Assembly (NCBI GenBank): GCA_963674735.2
Contig: CAXXQS010000001.1
Span: forward strand, 1,984,001-2,048,000
Direction: 5' to 3'
DNA: 64,000 bases
Origin: Myxococcota bacterium
GTDB lineage: Bacteria > Myxococcota_A > SURF-8
The notes under the pieces are model-generated. The model was not told where the DNA came from. It was given only the letters and a program-made list of their open reading frames with translations, and did no database searches. Positions 29,606 through 40,140 of this stretch are shown here, piece by piece. Positions within the stretch are counted from its first letter, which is position 1; each line of letters begins with the position of its first letter. Made by a program: the position numbers and the translations under genes.

Positions 29606-30220
29606 ATGGAAAGGATAGGTACGGCCCATGAAACGATTGTCGACGATGTATCCATCGCCTGGGGCGAAATGGATTCAGGATATCCGCTGCTTCTTCTTCA
29701 CGGACTATACGATTCCCATCGCACATGGCGGCGCGTTGCACCATTGTTGGCTGAACACTTCCGTGTTCAGATGCCGGATCTCCCCGGCCACGGGTACTCC
29801 GGCCGCTCCGGTGCGTGCTATACGCTGGAATGGCATTCGGCAATGGTGGCGACGTGGATGGACACCTTAGGAATCGAGTGCGCCCACGTATGCGGCCACT
29901 CATACGGAGGAGGAGTGGCCCAACGGATGTTCCTTATGCCCGCCATCGCCCTATTCTGGGGATCGAAAGACCCATTCATTCCAATACGACACGGCAGAAA
30001 AACCGTTGCCCATTCGGAAGGCATCACCCTCACGACATATCCGAATTGCGGATATTACGCTCAACTCGAAGTCCCGGATCAATTTGCCAGCGATTTAATC
30101 GCCTTTCTCCTCGATCCGCAGCGGCGTTCGGCGCGTTTCCCGAAATCACCGTCGATAAGCAGGCGTGCAACACGTTTCGGCAAGAAACATCTCTCTGAAG
30201 AACATAGGAGACAACTATGA
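29606..30220 (+). CDS. Alpha/beta hydrolase, internally deleted and probably inactive
   Basis: LLLHG, PDLPGHG and nucleophile GHSYGG, joined almost directly to LFWGSKDP. The expected catalytic His position reads CGYY. Confidence 0.7.
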   Translation: MERIGTAHETIVDDVSIAWGEMDSGYPLLLLHGLYDSHRTWRRVAPLLAEHFRVQMPDLPGHGYSGRSGACYTLEWHSAMVATWMDTLGIECAHVCGHSYGGGVAQRMFLMPAIALFWGSKDPFIPIRHGRKTVAHSEGITLTTYPNCGYYAQLEVPDQFASDLIAFLLDPQRRSARFPKSPSISRRATRFGKKHLSEEHRRQL

Positions 30221-30534
30221 ATGTCACCATTATCAATGGCGATTTCGAGATAAGCGACGAGGAGAAGGCGAGCATCGAAGGTCGTATACGTCTCGCGCTT
30301 GGTCGATATTCCACGAAAATTGCACGTGTTTCGGTGAAACTCTCCCAAACCTCCGCACCGGACGAGGCACATAATATTTGCCGTCTCGAAGTGCTCTTAC
30401 GCCCGACCCGAAAAATCGTCGTTGAGGATAAAGATACTGATTTGCAGGCGGCGGTCGATCGGGCCGCCGTCCAAATGGCCCGCTCGGTTGAGCGGAAACT
30501 CAGGCGCGAGCGTGCGCTTAACGGTTATCGCTGA
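30217..30534 (+). CDS. HPF/RaiA family ribosome-associated protein
   Basis: IRLALGRYSTKIARVSVKL...CRLEV...DLQAAVDRAA...RSVERKL. Confidence 0.8.
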   Translation: MNVTIINGDFEISDEEKASIEGRIRLALGRYSTKIARVSVKLSQTSAPDEAHNICRLEVLLRPTRKIVVEDKDTDLQAAVDRAAVQMARSVERKLRRERALNGYR

Positions 30535-30916
30535 AAGATACGTCTTTTAGTAATGGCGCAACTACTGTCTTTGTCAACGAATTCAGAGGCGTGGCAAATT
30601 GGGCTTATCCAAGGATTTGATCTTGCCAGTAAACGGCCAATAAAAGGATTTAATTTTAGATATTGCGACCAATTTCTCGAATTCATACAACAGCTAAAGA
30701 AGAAATTTTCACCTCTTGCCGGGAACATGGTTCCCTTAGCCAACGGCATGATCCGTACCGTCCACACCCCCCCATTCTCCCAGCATCTACAGCACCGACC
30801 AGGGGGCTACCGCTCGGGCATCACCGCCGAGAACGCTGTCCAGGATGATCCGGAACTCGTCCAGGCATATTTCTTTTCTGACCACCACCCCGTATAGACT
30901 ATTTGCCTAGATACTG

Positions 30917-31097
30917 TGACTTATTCGCAGTGCTCCGCTTAAACTTCCTTATAGACGATACGTCTATCCGAGACGTACTGTAAAGACGTAGACTCGAATG
31001 AAAATGAGGAGAAACAGCATGGAATCGTTATTGATGACAGGATCGGTAATCGTACTTGGAGTTTTGACCCTGCTGGCGTTCTTCGGCATCCGGATTC
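30917..31097 (+). repeat. Diverged duplicate of the slipin promoter, RBS and first ~26 codons (operator copy 3)
   Basis: Aligns to about 20978-21157: MESLLMTGSVIVLGVLTLLAFFGIRI versus [26 protein letters not shown]. Confidence 0.85.
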
Positions 31098-31107
31098 CAG
31101 GTTTCGA

Positions 31108-34100
31108 ATGAACGACATCCCCCCTCAAAAGAAAAAGGACTCTCCTGCTATCGACAAGGATTGCGACACTTCAAATGGCATTTCGGAGGTGCGTCGGAAG
31201 GAAGCTCTGCTTACCGCGGAAGCCCTGCAGAAAGCGATATTCAACAGTGCCAATTTCTCGAGCATTGCCACCGACGCTCACGGCGTAATCCAGATATTCA
31301 ACGTCGGCGCCGAGCGTATGCTGGGCTATCTCGCAGCAGAGGTGATGAACAAGATCACCCCCGCCGATATTTCCGACCCATTGGAAATGATTGCGCGCGC
31401 CGAGGCGCTCTCTGCTGAACTTAATACCATGATAACACCGGGTTTCGAGGCCTTGGTGTTCAAGGCCTCACGCGGCATTGAAGACATCTACGAATTGACC
31501 TACATCCGCAAAGACGGCAGTCGTTTTCCTGCGGTGATGTCGGTTACTGCACTACGGGACGATCAGGACGCCATCATCGGATATCTGTTGATCGGCACCG
31601 ACAACACCGCGCGCAAGCAGATCGAAGAGGAACGTATGAAGCTCGATCAGAGCTTGCGTAATCAGCAGTTCTACACACGCTCTCTCATCGAGTCCAATAT
31701 CGATGCGATAATAACCACAGATCCTCAAGGTATCATCACTGATATCAACAAGCAGATGGTAGTGCTCACTGGTTGTACGCGCGACGAGCTGATCGGCTCA
31801 CCGTTCAAAATTTATTTTACAGATCCGGCGCGAGCCGAGGCGGGCATCAAGAAAGTGTTGACCGAAGGTACGGTCACCGACTATGAACTCACCGCACTCA
31901 ATCGGGACGGCAAGAAGACAATGGTATCCTACAATGCCAGCACCTTCTATGACCGCGAAAGGAAGTTGCAGGGCGTGTTTGCAGCGGCTCGCGACGTCAC
32001 TGAGCGCAATCGTCTGACAGTCGAGCTGGAGAGAGCCAAGGTCATCGCTGAAAAAGCCAGCCGAACGAAATCGGACTTTCTGTCCAACATGAGCCACGAA
32101 ATACGAACACCGATGAACACAATCATCGGCATGTCGCATCTATTGCTGAAAACCGAACTGACGCCGAACCAGTGCGAGTGCCTGAAGAAGATACGCAGGT
32201 CAGGCCAATATCTGCTGTGTATCATCAACGACATCCTCGACTTCTCGAAGATAGAAGCAGGAAAGTTGACTGTTGAGCAGGCCGAGTTCGATATGAAGGA
32301 AGTGCTTGAAAATGTCGCCGACCAGATTGCTCCCAAAACGGCCGCAAAAGGGCTGGAATTGGTTTTCGATGTCGGCCGCGATGTGCCTTGGCAAGCTGAT
32401 CGGCGATCCACTGCGCCTGGGTCAAATACTCATCAACTACGTCAATAACGCCGTCAAATTCACCGAAGCGGGCGAGATTGATGTCGTCATCCGAGTGCGC
32501 GAGCAAAGCGACGAGGATGTGCTGCTCTACTGCGCCGTGAATGATACAGGTATCGGCATTTCTTCCGAGCAGCGCGGGCAATTATTCCAGTCCTTCCAAC
32601 AAGCGGATGCATCGACCACGCGCAAGTACGGAGGCACCGGACTTGGGCTGGTTATTTCCAGGAAACTTGCGGAGTTGATGCACGGAGAAGTCGGGGTCGA
32701 CAGCGAATTCGGCAAGGGCAGCATGTTTTGGTTCACCGCTCTTCTCGGCAAGGTTGCAGGCGCTGAGCGCCGACGGATATTGAAACCGGATATGCGCGGG
32801 GGCCGAGCGCTGGTGGTCGACGACAACGAGAATGCCTGCTCCGTGATAAAGGGTCTGCTGGAAGACATGGGCTTAGTTGCCGACAAGGCAGCTTCGGGAC
32901 AAGCTGCGCTCAATGCCGTTGAACGCGCCGAAGCACAGGACAAGCCCTACACTATAATTTTCCTCGACTGGCAAATACCTGGCACGGATGTCCGTGAGAC
33001 GTCTCGCCAACTGCGTACACGTCCATTCAACCACTCACCGCACATCGATATGGTCACAGCCTATGGAAATAAGGAAGCAATCAGGGATGCCGAAGAAATC
33101 AATCTGGCAGAAGTGATCATCAAGCCGGTAAGCGCTTCCATGCTGTTCAACACCGTGGTGAACGTGTTGGGGGGGGGGGTGAGTTCCGTGAGGCGGGAGA
33201 TGGGTGATGATATGTCTGTGGTGGAGAGCAAGCTCACCGTCATCAAAGGGGCTCGCATCCTGCTGGTCGAAGACAACGAACTCAATCAGGAGGTGGCTTC
33301 AGGACTGCTGCGCGGTGCCGGTTTTGCCGTCGATCTTGCCGAGAACGGAGAGATCGCTCTGGGAAAAGTCAAAGAAATGACTTACGAAATTGTGCTTATG
33401 GACATGCAGATGCCGGTAATGGACGGCATCACGGCAACTAGGGAAATCCGCAAACTGCCACAATTCGCAGCGTTACCTGTCGTTGCGATGACTGCCAACG
33501 CGACGGAACGTGACCGCCAGCGTTGTCTGGATGCTGGCATGAACGACCACATCGCCAAACCCGTCGAGCCGGACAATCTGTGGAAGGTGCTGCTGAAGTG
33601 GGTCAAGACACCACATGCGCTCGACGAAAACGCGACGATTACAAGCCAACCTGTAACCGAGGAGAAACTTCAGTCTGCAAGCGAAAACTCCGTAGAAAGA
33701 CCATCTTCTGCTGTAACCAGTGCCAAAGCCGCCGCTCAAATTCCTCCTACCGACTTGCTGGCCATAAAGAGTATCGATGCATTGAACGGCATTCACCTCT
33801 TTGGAGACAATATAGAAGCTTATCGTAAGCAGCTGGAACGTTTCCGCCAGAATTACCACAGTGCGATTGATCAGTTGCAACACATGATCGTAGCGGAAGG
33901 CATAGCAGCGGGAGAGGTCTTTTGCCATGAGTTCAAGGGAGTTTGCGGCACCATCAGTGCGAACGAACTATCTACCCTTGTTGCCGAACTGGATGTCCTG
34001 CTGAAGCAGGGAAAGATGCCCGAACCCGCACGATTCAACCACCTGCAGCGAATACTGAAACAGCTTATAAGTGAGATCGACGGACTCACAGCACCTGAGG

Positions 34101-34351
34101 TTGCGACGCCGATAATAAAGGTGGTGCTGGGGCGCGACGAATTGTTTTGCGGTTTGGCCAAACTGGCCATCCTACTTGAGAGCGATTTGGGCGAGGCCGA
34201 GACACTACTCGCAGAATTGCACGCAGGCGTAATCGGCGGCGACACGGAGCAAACAATGAACGAGATCGCCGCCACGGTGGATCGTTTTGCCATTGACGAT
34301 GCGCTTGCCCAGATCAGCGCATTACGTGCCCGATTGCGCGGGGAGTTATAA
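31108..34351 (+). pseudogene. Hybrid sensor kinase PAS-PAS-HisKA-HATPase-REC-REC-Hpt with +1 frameshift near 32387
   Basis: MSHEIRTPMN in ORF 31108-32448. GKLIGDPLRLGQILIN, RKYGGTGLGL, two REC domains and Hpt HEFKG in ORF 32306-34351. Could be a sequencing error. Confidence 0.82.
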
Positions 34352-34368
34352 GAAATGGAGCTGCAACC

Positions 34369-37300
34369 ATGAAGGAAAACAGCAACGATAAACAAAGGCT
34401 CCTCATCGTGGATGACGCGAGCGAAAACCTGCATGCAATGATAAGCATTCTGGGCGATACGTATGCTGTCGCCGCCACGACTAGTGGGGAAAAGGCGCTG
34501 GAACTGGCGGCATGTACCCCTCAGCCGGAATTGATATTGCTTGATATCAAGATGCCTGGCATGGACGGCTACGAGGTATTGCGCAGGCTAAAGGTTGACC
34601 CTCTCACGGCGGGTATCCCAGTGATTATCATTACGGCTATGGTGGAGTCGGAAGATGAAGCCAAGGGGCTGAAGATGGGCGCTGCTGACTACATTGCCAA
34701 ACCGGTCAATCCCGATTGGCTCAAGTTGTGTGTACTGACCCAGATCGAATTACGCCGCTACCGCAGGAAACCGATTCCACTTGTAGAGAGCGCGGATGTC
34801 GCTCCACGAGGGAAATTCAATATTTTGGTCGTCGATGATGTGCCGGAGAATATCCATCAACTCATCAGCAATATATCCGACGAATATCGTGTCACTGCCG
34901 TTGATAATGGATCGAAGGCGCTTGAAATAGTGCTGGGGCCGACCCCACCAGACTTGGTCTTGCTGGACATCTTGATGCCGGAGATGGATGGCTATGAGAC
35001 ATGCCGCCGCATCAAGGCGACCGAAAGGGGGAATCATATTCCGGTTATCTTCCTCAGCAAGGTCGGCACGTCGGTAGAAAAAGTTCGCGGACTTTCCATT
35101 GGGGCCGCCGACTTTCTCACCAAGCCGTTCGATATTGATGAAGTTCGTGCAAGGCTCCGGACTCACCTTGAATTGAGCCAATTGAATCGACATCTTGAAC
35201 AAGCTGTCGCGCAACGAACTGCCGCGTTACGGAAAAATGAAAACCAATTGTACGAAGCCCTATATATTGCCAGGATGGGTTATTGGGAATATGATTATTC
35301 CACTGATGTTTTTCTTTTCAACGACCAGTATTATTCACTGCATAATATTACGGCTGAAGAGGCGGGTGGGTACCGGATGTCCTCTGCTGAATTTGCGAGC
35401 CGCTACGTCCATCCGGAAGACGAGCCACTTGTTGGTCAAAATGTTCAGCTTGCATTTGAATCCGACGATCCGGATTATTTTGCCATAGTTGAGACTCGAA
35501 TATTGACTGGAGATGGCAAAATTGTCTGGGTGGAGGTGCGTTTCAAAGTAGAGAAGGACTCACAGGGGCGGACAATCCGGCTTCTAGGCGTTAATCAGGA
35601 CATCACCGAACGTAAGCAATACGAGGAGAATATCAAGCACCTCAATCTCGTCTTAAATGCCATCCGAAATATAGACCAGTTAATCATCCACCAAACCGAT
35701 ACAGAGAAGCTCATTCGGGAAGTCTGCGCTTTCCTTGTGGTCAGCCGTGGTTACAATGACGCATTCATTATTCTCTTGGACGAAGCGGGAAACCCGTACA
35801 CTTTTGCCGATAGCGGTCTTTCAGATATATTTCCACTGCTCGCCGAGCAACTGAGTCAGCATATTTTACCTCACTGTCTTGCAAACACGTCGTCGAGCGA
35901 TCAAATATTCATTGTCGCCGACAAATCCACAGGTTGCGTTTCCTGTCCCATATTCACTCATGGTGAGAATAGTGATACGATTTGCTGCCGCTTGATCAGC
36001 GAAGATAGGACTTATGGGTTTCTCGTAATTACGACGAACCCGCTTGAAAATATTTTCGCCACCGAGGAGAGAACCCTTCTCGCTGATATGGCCGGAGACT
36101 TGGGTTTCGCGCTGAACAAAATCGGACTTGAAAAACGTCGTAAAGATGCAGAGAACCAAGTTCTGTCTCTCTCACGTTTCCCTTCTGAAAATCCAAATCC
36201 CATTTTGCGACTGGATAAAGACGGATGCATTTCATACGCCAATCAGGCTGCGGCACCGATTCTAAACGCCTGGAACGTCCGTTCCGGCGAGACGGCGCCG
36301 GAAAAGATCAGCGCACGGGTCCGTTCCGCCCTTCATACAGGTCATCGTGACGAGATACAGATTGATGTTGCGGATCGGGCTTTCTCGTGTAAATTCATAC
36401 CTATTCTGGGTAAAGAGTATGTGAACATTTACGGACGGGACATTACAGAACAGAGGCAAGCGGCGGCGATTATCCGTGAAAGTGAGATCCGCTATCGACG
36501 GCTTTTTGAATCAGCGAAGGACGGCATTCTTATCCTTGATACGGAAACGGGGATGATTGTCGATGTGAATCCCTTCATGATCGACCTGCTGGGATACTCC
36601 AGGCAGAGCTTCCTCGAAAAGACAATATGGGAATTGGGAATATTCGACGACATCTTCACTAATAAGGGTAATTTCTCATTATTGCAGAAAAATGAATATA
36701 TCCGCTATGAAGATTTGCCTCTGGAAACCCATGATGGGCAAACAATAGACGTTGAATTTGTCAGCAACGTATACCAGGTGGATAACCGCAAGGTGATCCA
36801 GTGCAACATCCGGGATATTTCCGAGCGCAAGCAGGCGGAGAAGGAGATACGCTTCAAAAACATCATTCTGTCCACCCAGCAGGAAGCCACCATCGATGGA
36901 ATTCTGGTGGTTGATGAAAACGGCGTAATCATTTCTTACAATCAACGGTTTGTTGAGTTGTGGAACATCCCAAGTGACCTTATTGAAACCAGATCCGACG
37001 AATCCATCCTGAAATTCGTGACGGATCAGATGATGAATCCTGATGCGTTCATGCACAGAGTACAAAGCATCTACGCGAATCGGAGTGAAATCAGCCATGA
37101 AGAAATTGTTTTGAAAGAAGACCTGATATTTGACCGCTACTCGGCTCCAATGCATGACGCGGGGGGGGCGTATTTTGGCCGCGTGTGGTATTTCCGCGAC
37201 ATCACAGAACGCCGGGCCACCGAGATGGAAATCCATGAAATGAACCACCAGTTGGAGGTGAAGAACTGGATCGCGGAGATCTGTCTCACCAAGCCGGACA

Positions 37301-38889
37301 AGGACATGTACGCCGACGTAATGGATGTTGTTCTGGGGGAACTTGAAAGTCCCTACGGCCTTTTCGGCTATCTCGACCATGAAAGTAGTCTTGTCTGCCC
37401 CTCGCTGACTCGGCAGGTGTGGGAAGAATGCAAGATGCCGGAGAAAAATATCATCTTCCCCGTCGAGTCGTGGAAAGGGCTCTGGGGAAGGGCCCTGACC
37501 GAGAAAAAGACACAGATGTCAAACGAACTGGGCAAGACGCCGGATGGGCATATCCCCATCGAACGCGTCATTGCCACGCCGGTCGTCCAACAGGGCAAAG
37601 TCATCGGACTGATGATGGTCGCCAACAAATCCGAGGATTACAACGACCGGGATATCCAGTTGTTGGAGTCAATCGCCGGGCATCTCTCGCCCATCGTGCA
37701 GGCCAGACTGAGCACGGCTCGCGAGGAATACCAGCGCATCCAGGCTGAAAATAAATTGAAGGAATATGCGGCAGACCTGGAAAACAAGGTTGCGGCACGC
37801 ACCCAGAAACTTAATGATACCTTATATGATGTTGAGAAATCGAGAGATCAGATTGACGGAATATTGAAGTCCGTAACTGATGGCCTGGTCGTGACCGATG
37901 CTTCCAACCGTGTCATCCAGATAAACCGGATGGCGGAGGAAGCCTTGGGCATCCGGTTTGAGGATGTCCAGAATAAACCGATCCAGTTCGCGATTGAAGA
38001 CGCCAGTCTGAGTGAAAAATTCACTCACACCCTGAACAAGCAGCAACCCAGCTATGAATTTGACTTCCAGGTCTCTGACCCGGAAACGAATGCCGCCCGG
38101 ATTATGCGCGGGCGAACATCGGTCGTAATGAGGAAGGACGGATTGGTAAATGGCGTCGTGACGCTGATTCAAGACGTGACCAACGAACGGGAAGTGGACC
38201 GGATGAAAACGGAGTTCATCTCCACCGCCGCGCACGAACTGCGAACGCCGCTGACCTCCATCCTGGGTTTTTCGGAAATACTGCTGACCCGCACCAATCT
38301 TGAGCCGAAGGACAAGGAGAAATACCTCACCTACATCAACAAGCAGGCCATCGGCCTGGCCAGTATCATCAACGACCTTTTGGACATCTCCCGCATCGAA
38401 TCGGGCAAGGGATTCACGCTGGATAAAAAAGAGTGCGAGGTCGAGGATTTCGTTCTTCCGCTCATTCCTCATTTCCAGAGCTTGACTGAGAAGCACACGT
38501 TCGAAGTCGATTTGAAAGACGAAGACACGAAACTTCTCGTCGACTCTGAAAAGATGGGGCAAGCCGTCCGGAACCTGCTCAGCAACTCCGTGAAATATTC
38601 ACCCAAGGGCGGGTTGATCCGCATCACCGGACGAAAGGGCGAAGCCGCCTATGAAATCTCGGTTGAGGATCAGGGCATGGGCATGACGCAGGACCAGGTC
38701 AAGCGTGTGTTCGACAAATTCTACCGTGCGGACGCTACCAGCACCGCCATCGAAGGCACGGGATTGGGCATGAGCATCGTGAAATACATCGCCGAGGCGC
38801 ATGGTGGAACCGCAAGTGTACAAAGCGAATTCGGCAAAGGCACGACGGCCCAAATCACTATTCCTCTGGGGCAAAAACGGCCAGATTAA
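34369..38889 (+). CDS. Multi-sensor histidine kinase REC-REC-PAS-GAF-PAS(3)-GAF-PAS-HisKA-HATPase
   Basis: Two N-terminal LLDIxMPxMDGYE receivers, several DIT/SERK PAC ends, AAHELRTPLT, EGTGLGM. Confidence 0.92.
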   Translation: MKENSNDKQRLLIVDDASENLHAMISILGDTYAVAATTSGEKALELAACTPQPELILLDIKMPGMDGYEVLRRLKVDPLTAGIPVIIITAMVESEDEAKGLKMGAADYIAKPVNPDWLKLCVLTQIELRRYRRKPIPLVESADVAPRGKFNILVVDDVPENIHQLISNISDEYRVTAVDNGSKALEIVLGPTPPDLVLLDILMPEMDGYETCRRIKATERGNHIPVIFLSKVGTSVEKVRGLSIGAADFLTKPFDIDEVRARLRTHLELSQLNRHLEQAVAQRTAALRKNENQLYEALYIARMGYWEYDYSTDVFLFNDQYYSLHNITAEEAGGYRMSSAEFASRYVHPEDEPLVGQNVQLAFESDDPDYFAIVETRILTGDGKIVWVEVRFKVEKDSQGRTIRLLGVNQDITERKQYEENIKHLNLVLNAIRNIDQLIIHQTDTEKLIREVCAFLVVSRGYNDAFIILLDEAGNPYTFADSGLSDIFPLLAEQLSQHILPHCLANTSSSDQIFIVADKSTGCVSCPIFTHGENSDTICCRLISEDRTYGFLVITTNPLENIFATEERTLLADMAGDLGFALNKIGLEKRRKDAENQVLSLSRFPSENPNPILRLDKDGCISYANQAAAPILNAWNVRSGETAPEKISARVRSALHTGHRDEIQIDVADRAFSCKFIPILGKEYVNIYGRDITEQRQAAAIIRESEIRYRRLFESAKDGILILDTETGMIVDVNPFMIDLLGYSRQSFLEKTIWELGIFDDIFTNKGNFSLLQKNEYIRYEDLPLETHDGQTIDVEFVSNVYQVDNRKVIQCNIRDISERKQAEKEIRFKNIILSTQQEATIDGILVVDENGVIISYNQRFVELWNIPSDLIETRSDESILKFVTDQMMNPDAFMHRVQSIYANRSEISHEEIVLKEDLIFDRYSAPMHDAGGAYFGRVWYFRDITERRATEMEIHEMNHQLEVKNWIAEICLTKPDKDMYADVMDVVLGELESPYGLFGYLDHESSLVCPSLTRQVWEECKMPEKNIIFPVESWKGLWGRALTEKKTQMSNELGKTPDGHIPIERVIATPVVQQGKVIGLMMVANKSEDYNDRDIQLLESIAGHLSPIVQARLSTAREEYQRIQAENKLKEYAADLENKVAARTQKLNDTLYDVEKSRDQIDGILKSVTDGLVVTDASNRVIQINRMAEEALGIRFEDVQNKPIQFAIEDASLSEKFTHTLNKQQPSYEFDFQVSDPETNAARIMRGRTSVVMRKDGLVNGVVTLIQDVTNEREVDRMKTEFISTAAHELRTPLTSILGFSEILLTRTNLEPKDKEKYLTYINKQAIGLASIINDLLDISRIESGKGFTLDKKECEVEDFVLPLIPHFQSLTEKHTFEVDLKDEDTKLLVDSEKMGQAVRNLLSNSVKYSPKGGLIRITGRKGEAAYEISVEDQGMGMTQDQVKRVFDKFYRADATSTAIEGTGLGMSIVKYIAEAHGGTASVQSEFGKGTTAQITIPLGQKRPD

Positions 38890-38908
38890 AAGCAAAGGAC
38901 AAGGCATC

Positions 38909-39274
38909 ATGAAAACGATACTGATTGTGGATGACCAAGTGGAGGTCCGAGATCTGGTGCAGGTGACGTTGGATCTCAATGATTATCGCATTTTACAGGC
39001 CGATAACGGAGATGACGCGGTCAAGCTGGCGGAGAAGGAAATTCCCGACCTGATCATCATGGATATTATGATGCCGGGCGGCATCGACGGTCTGGAGGCG
39101 ACCCGGCAGATACGCCAGAACATGGCCTGCAACAACTGCGCCATCATCATGCTGACGGCAATGGGCCAGGATGCGGATAAGCAGGCCGGTTTGGATGCCG
39201 GGGCCGACGACTATTTTTCCAAGCCGTTCAGTCCGTTGGATCTGATTCACAAGGTGGAAGAGGTTCTGGGTTAG
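38909..39274 (+). CDS. Single-domain response regulator
   Basis: ILIVDD, MDIMMP, MLTA, GADDYFSKPF. Confidence 0.92.
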   Translation: MKTILIVDDQVEVRDLVQVTLDLNDYRILQADNGDDAVKLAEKEIPDLIIMDIMMPGGIDGLEATRQIRQNMACNNCAIIMLTAMGQDADKQAGLDAGADDYFSKPFSPLDLIHKVEEVLG

Positions 39275-39297
39275 CTTTTACCAAATAGGATGCTTCC

Positions 39298-40140
39298 ATG
39301 ACGAAACCGATCATACCGAATATACACACCGCTGACGATCAGAGTGATGGGTATAAGCAGCTACAGCGTTATGCTGAGGATTTGAAGCGCGTGCATCAGT
39401 CCGAAAAAGAAAAGCGCGCGCAACTGGAGCAAGCAAATAGCCAGTTAAACCAGCACGCGTCGGATTTGAACCAGATAATTTTAAAACTTCGTAAATCTGA
39501 AGAGCATTTAGAGAAATCCTATCTGGATACCATTCACCGGCTGGTTCTGGCTGCGGAATTCAAGGATGAGGACACGTCGGAACACATTGTCCGCATGAGC
39601 CGCTACAGCGCGTTACTGGCGGAAAAGATGGGCTTCGATGCAAAGCAGGTCAAGCTGTTACTGTACGCGGCGCCCATGCACGACATCGGCAAAATGGGGA
39701 TTCCGGACCATATCCTGATGAAAAAAGGGAATTTGACCGAGGAAGAGTTTGAGATCATAAAAACGCATCCGGCCATCGGTGCGAAGATATTAGCCGGATC
39801 AGACTCGGAACTGTTGCAGGCTGGCGAGCAAATCGCTTTGGCGCATCATGAAAAATGGGACGGCAGCGGCTACCCTAGCGGACTACGCGGCTCCTCGATA
39901 CCCATCTTCGGACGGATCTGTGCGCTGGCGGATGTTTTCGATGCATTGACCTCAAGAAGACCGTACAAAGAACCGTTTCCCGCTACAAAGGCGTTCGGTA
40001 TCATCCAAGAGGGCAGCGGCCAGCATTTTGATCCGGATCTGACCGCTCGTTTCCTGGAGAACGGGGCCGAAATTCTTCGAATTATGGATGAGGTCAATCC
40101 CACCATTCAAACGGAAGAAAGTAGTTTGGTAGGGAAATAA
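39298..40140 (+). CDS. HD-GYP cyclic dinucleotide phosphodiesterase with N-terminal coiled coil
   Basis: MHDIGK, HHEKWDGSGYP, ADVFDAL, RPYK. Confidence 0.92.
   Translation: MTKPIIPNIHTADDQSDGYKQLQRYAEDLKRVHQSEKEKRAQLEQANSQLNQHASDLNQIILKLRKSEEHLEKSYLDTIHRLVLAAEFKDEDTSEHIVRMSRYSALLAEKMGFDAKQVKLLLYAAPMHDIGKMGIPDHILMKKGNLTEEEFEIIKTHPAIGAKILAGSDSELLQAGEQIALAHHEKWDGSGYPSGLRGSSIPIFGRICALADVFDALTSRRPYKEPFPATKAFGIIQEGSGQHFDPDLTARFLENGAEILRIMDEVNPTIQTEESSLVGK

Noticed and set aside
30553-30897. 114-aa ORF after the HPF gene
   Set aside because: No recognisable motif or clear RBS; not supportable as a gene.
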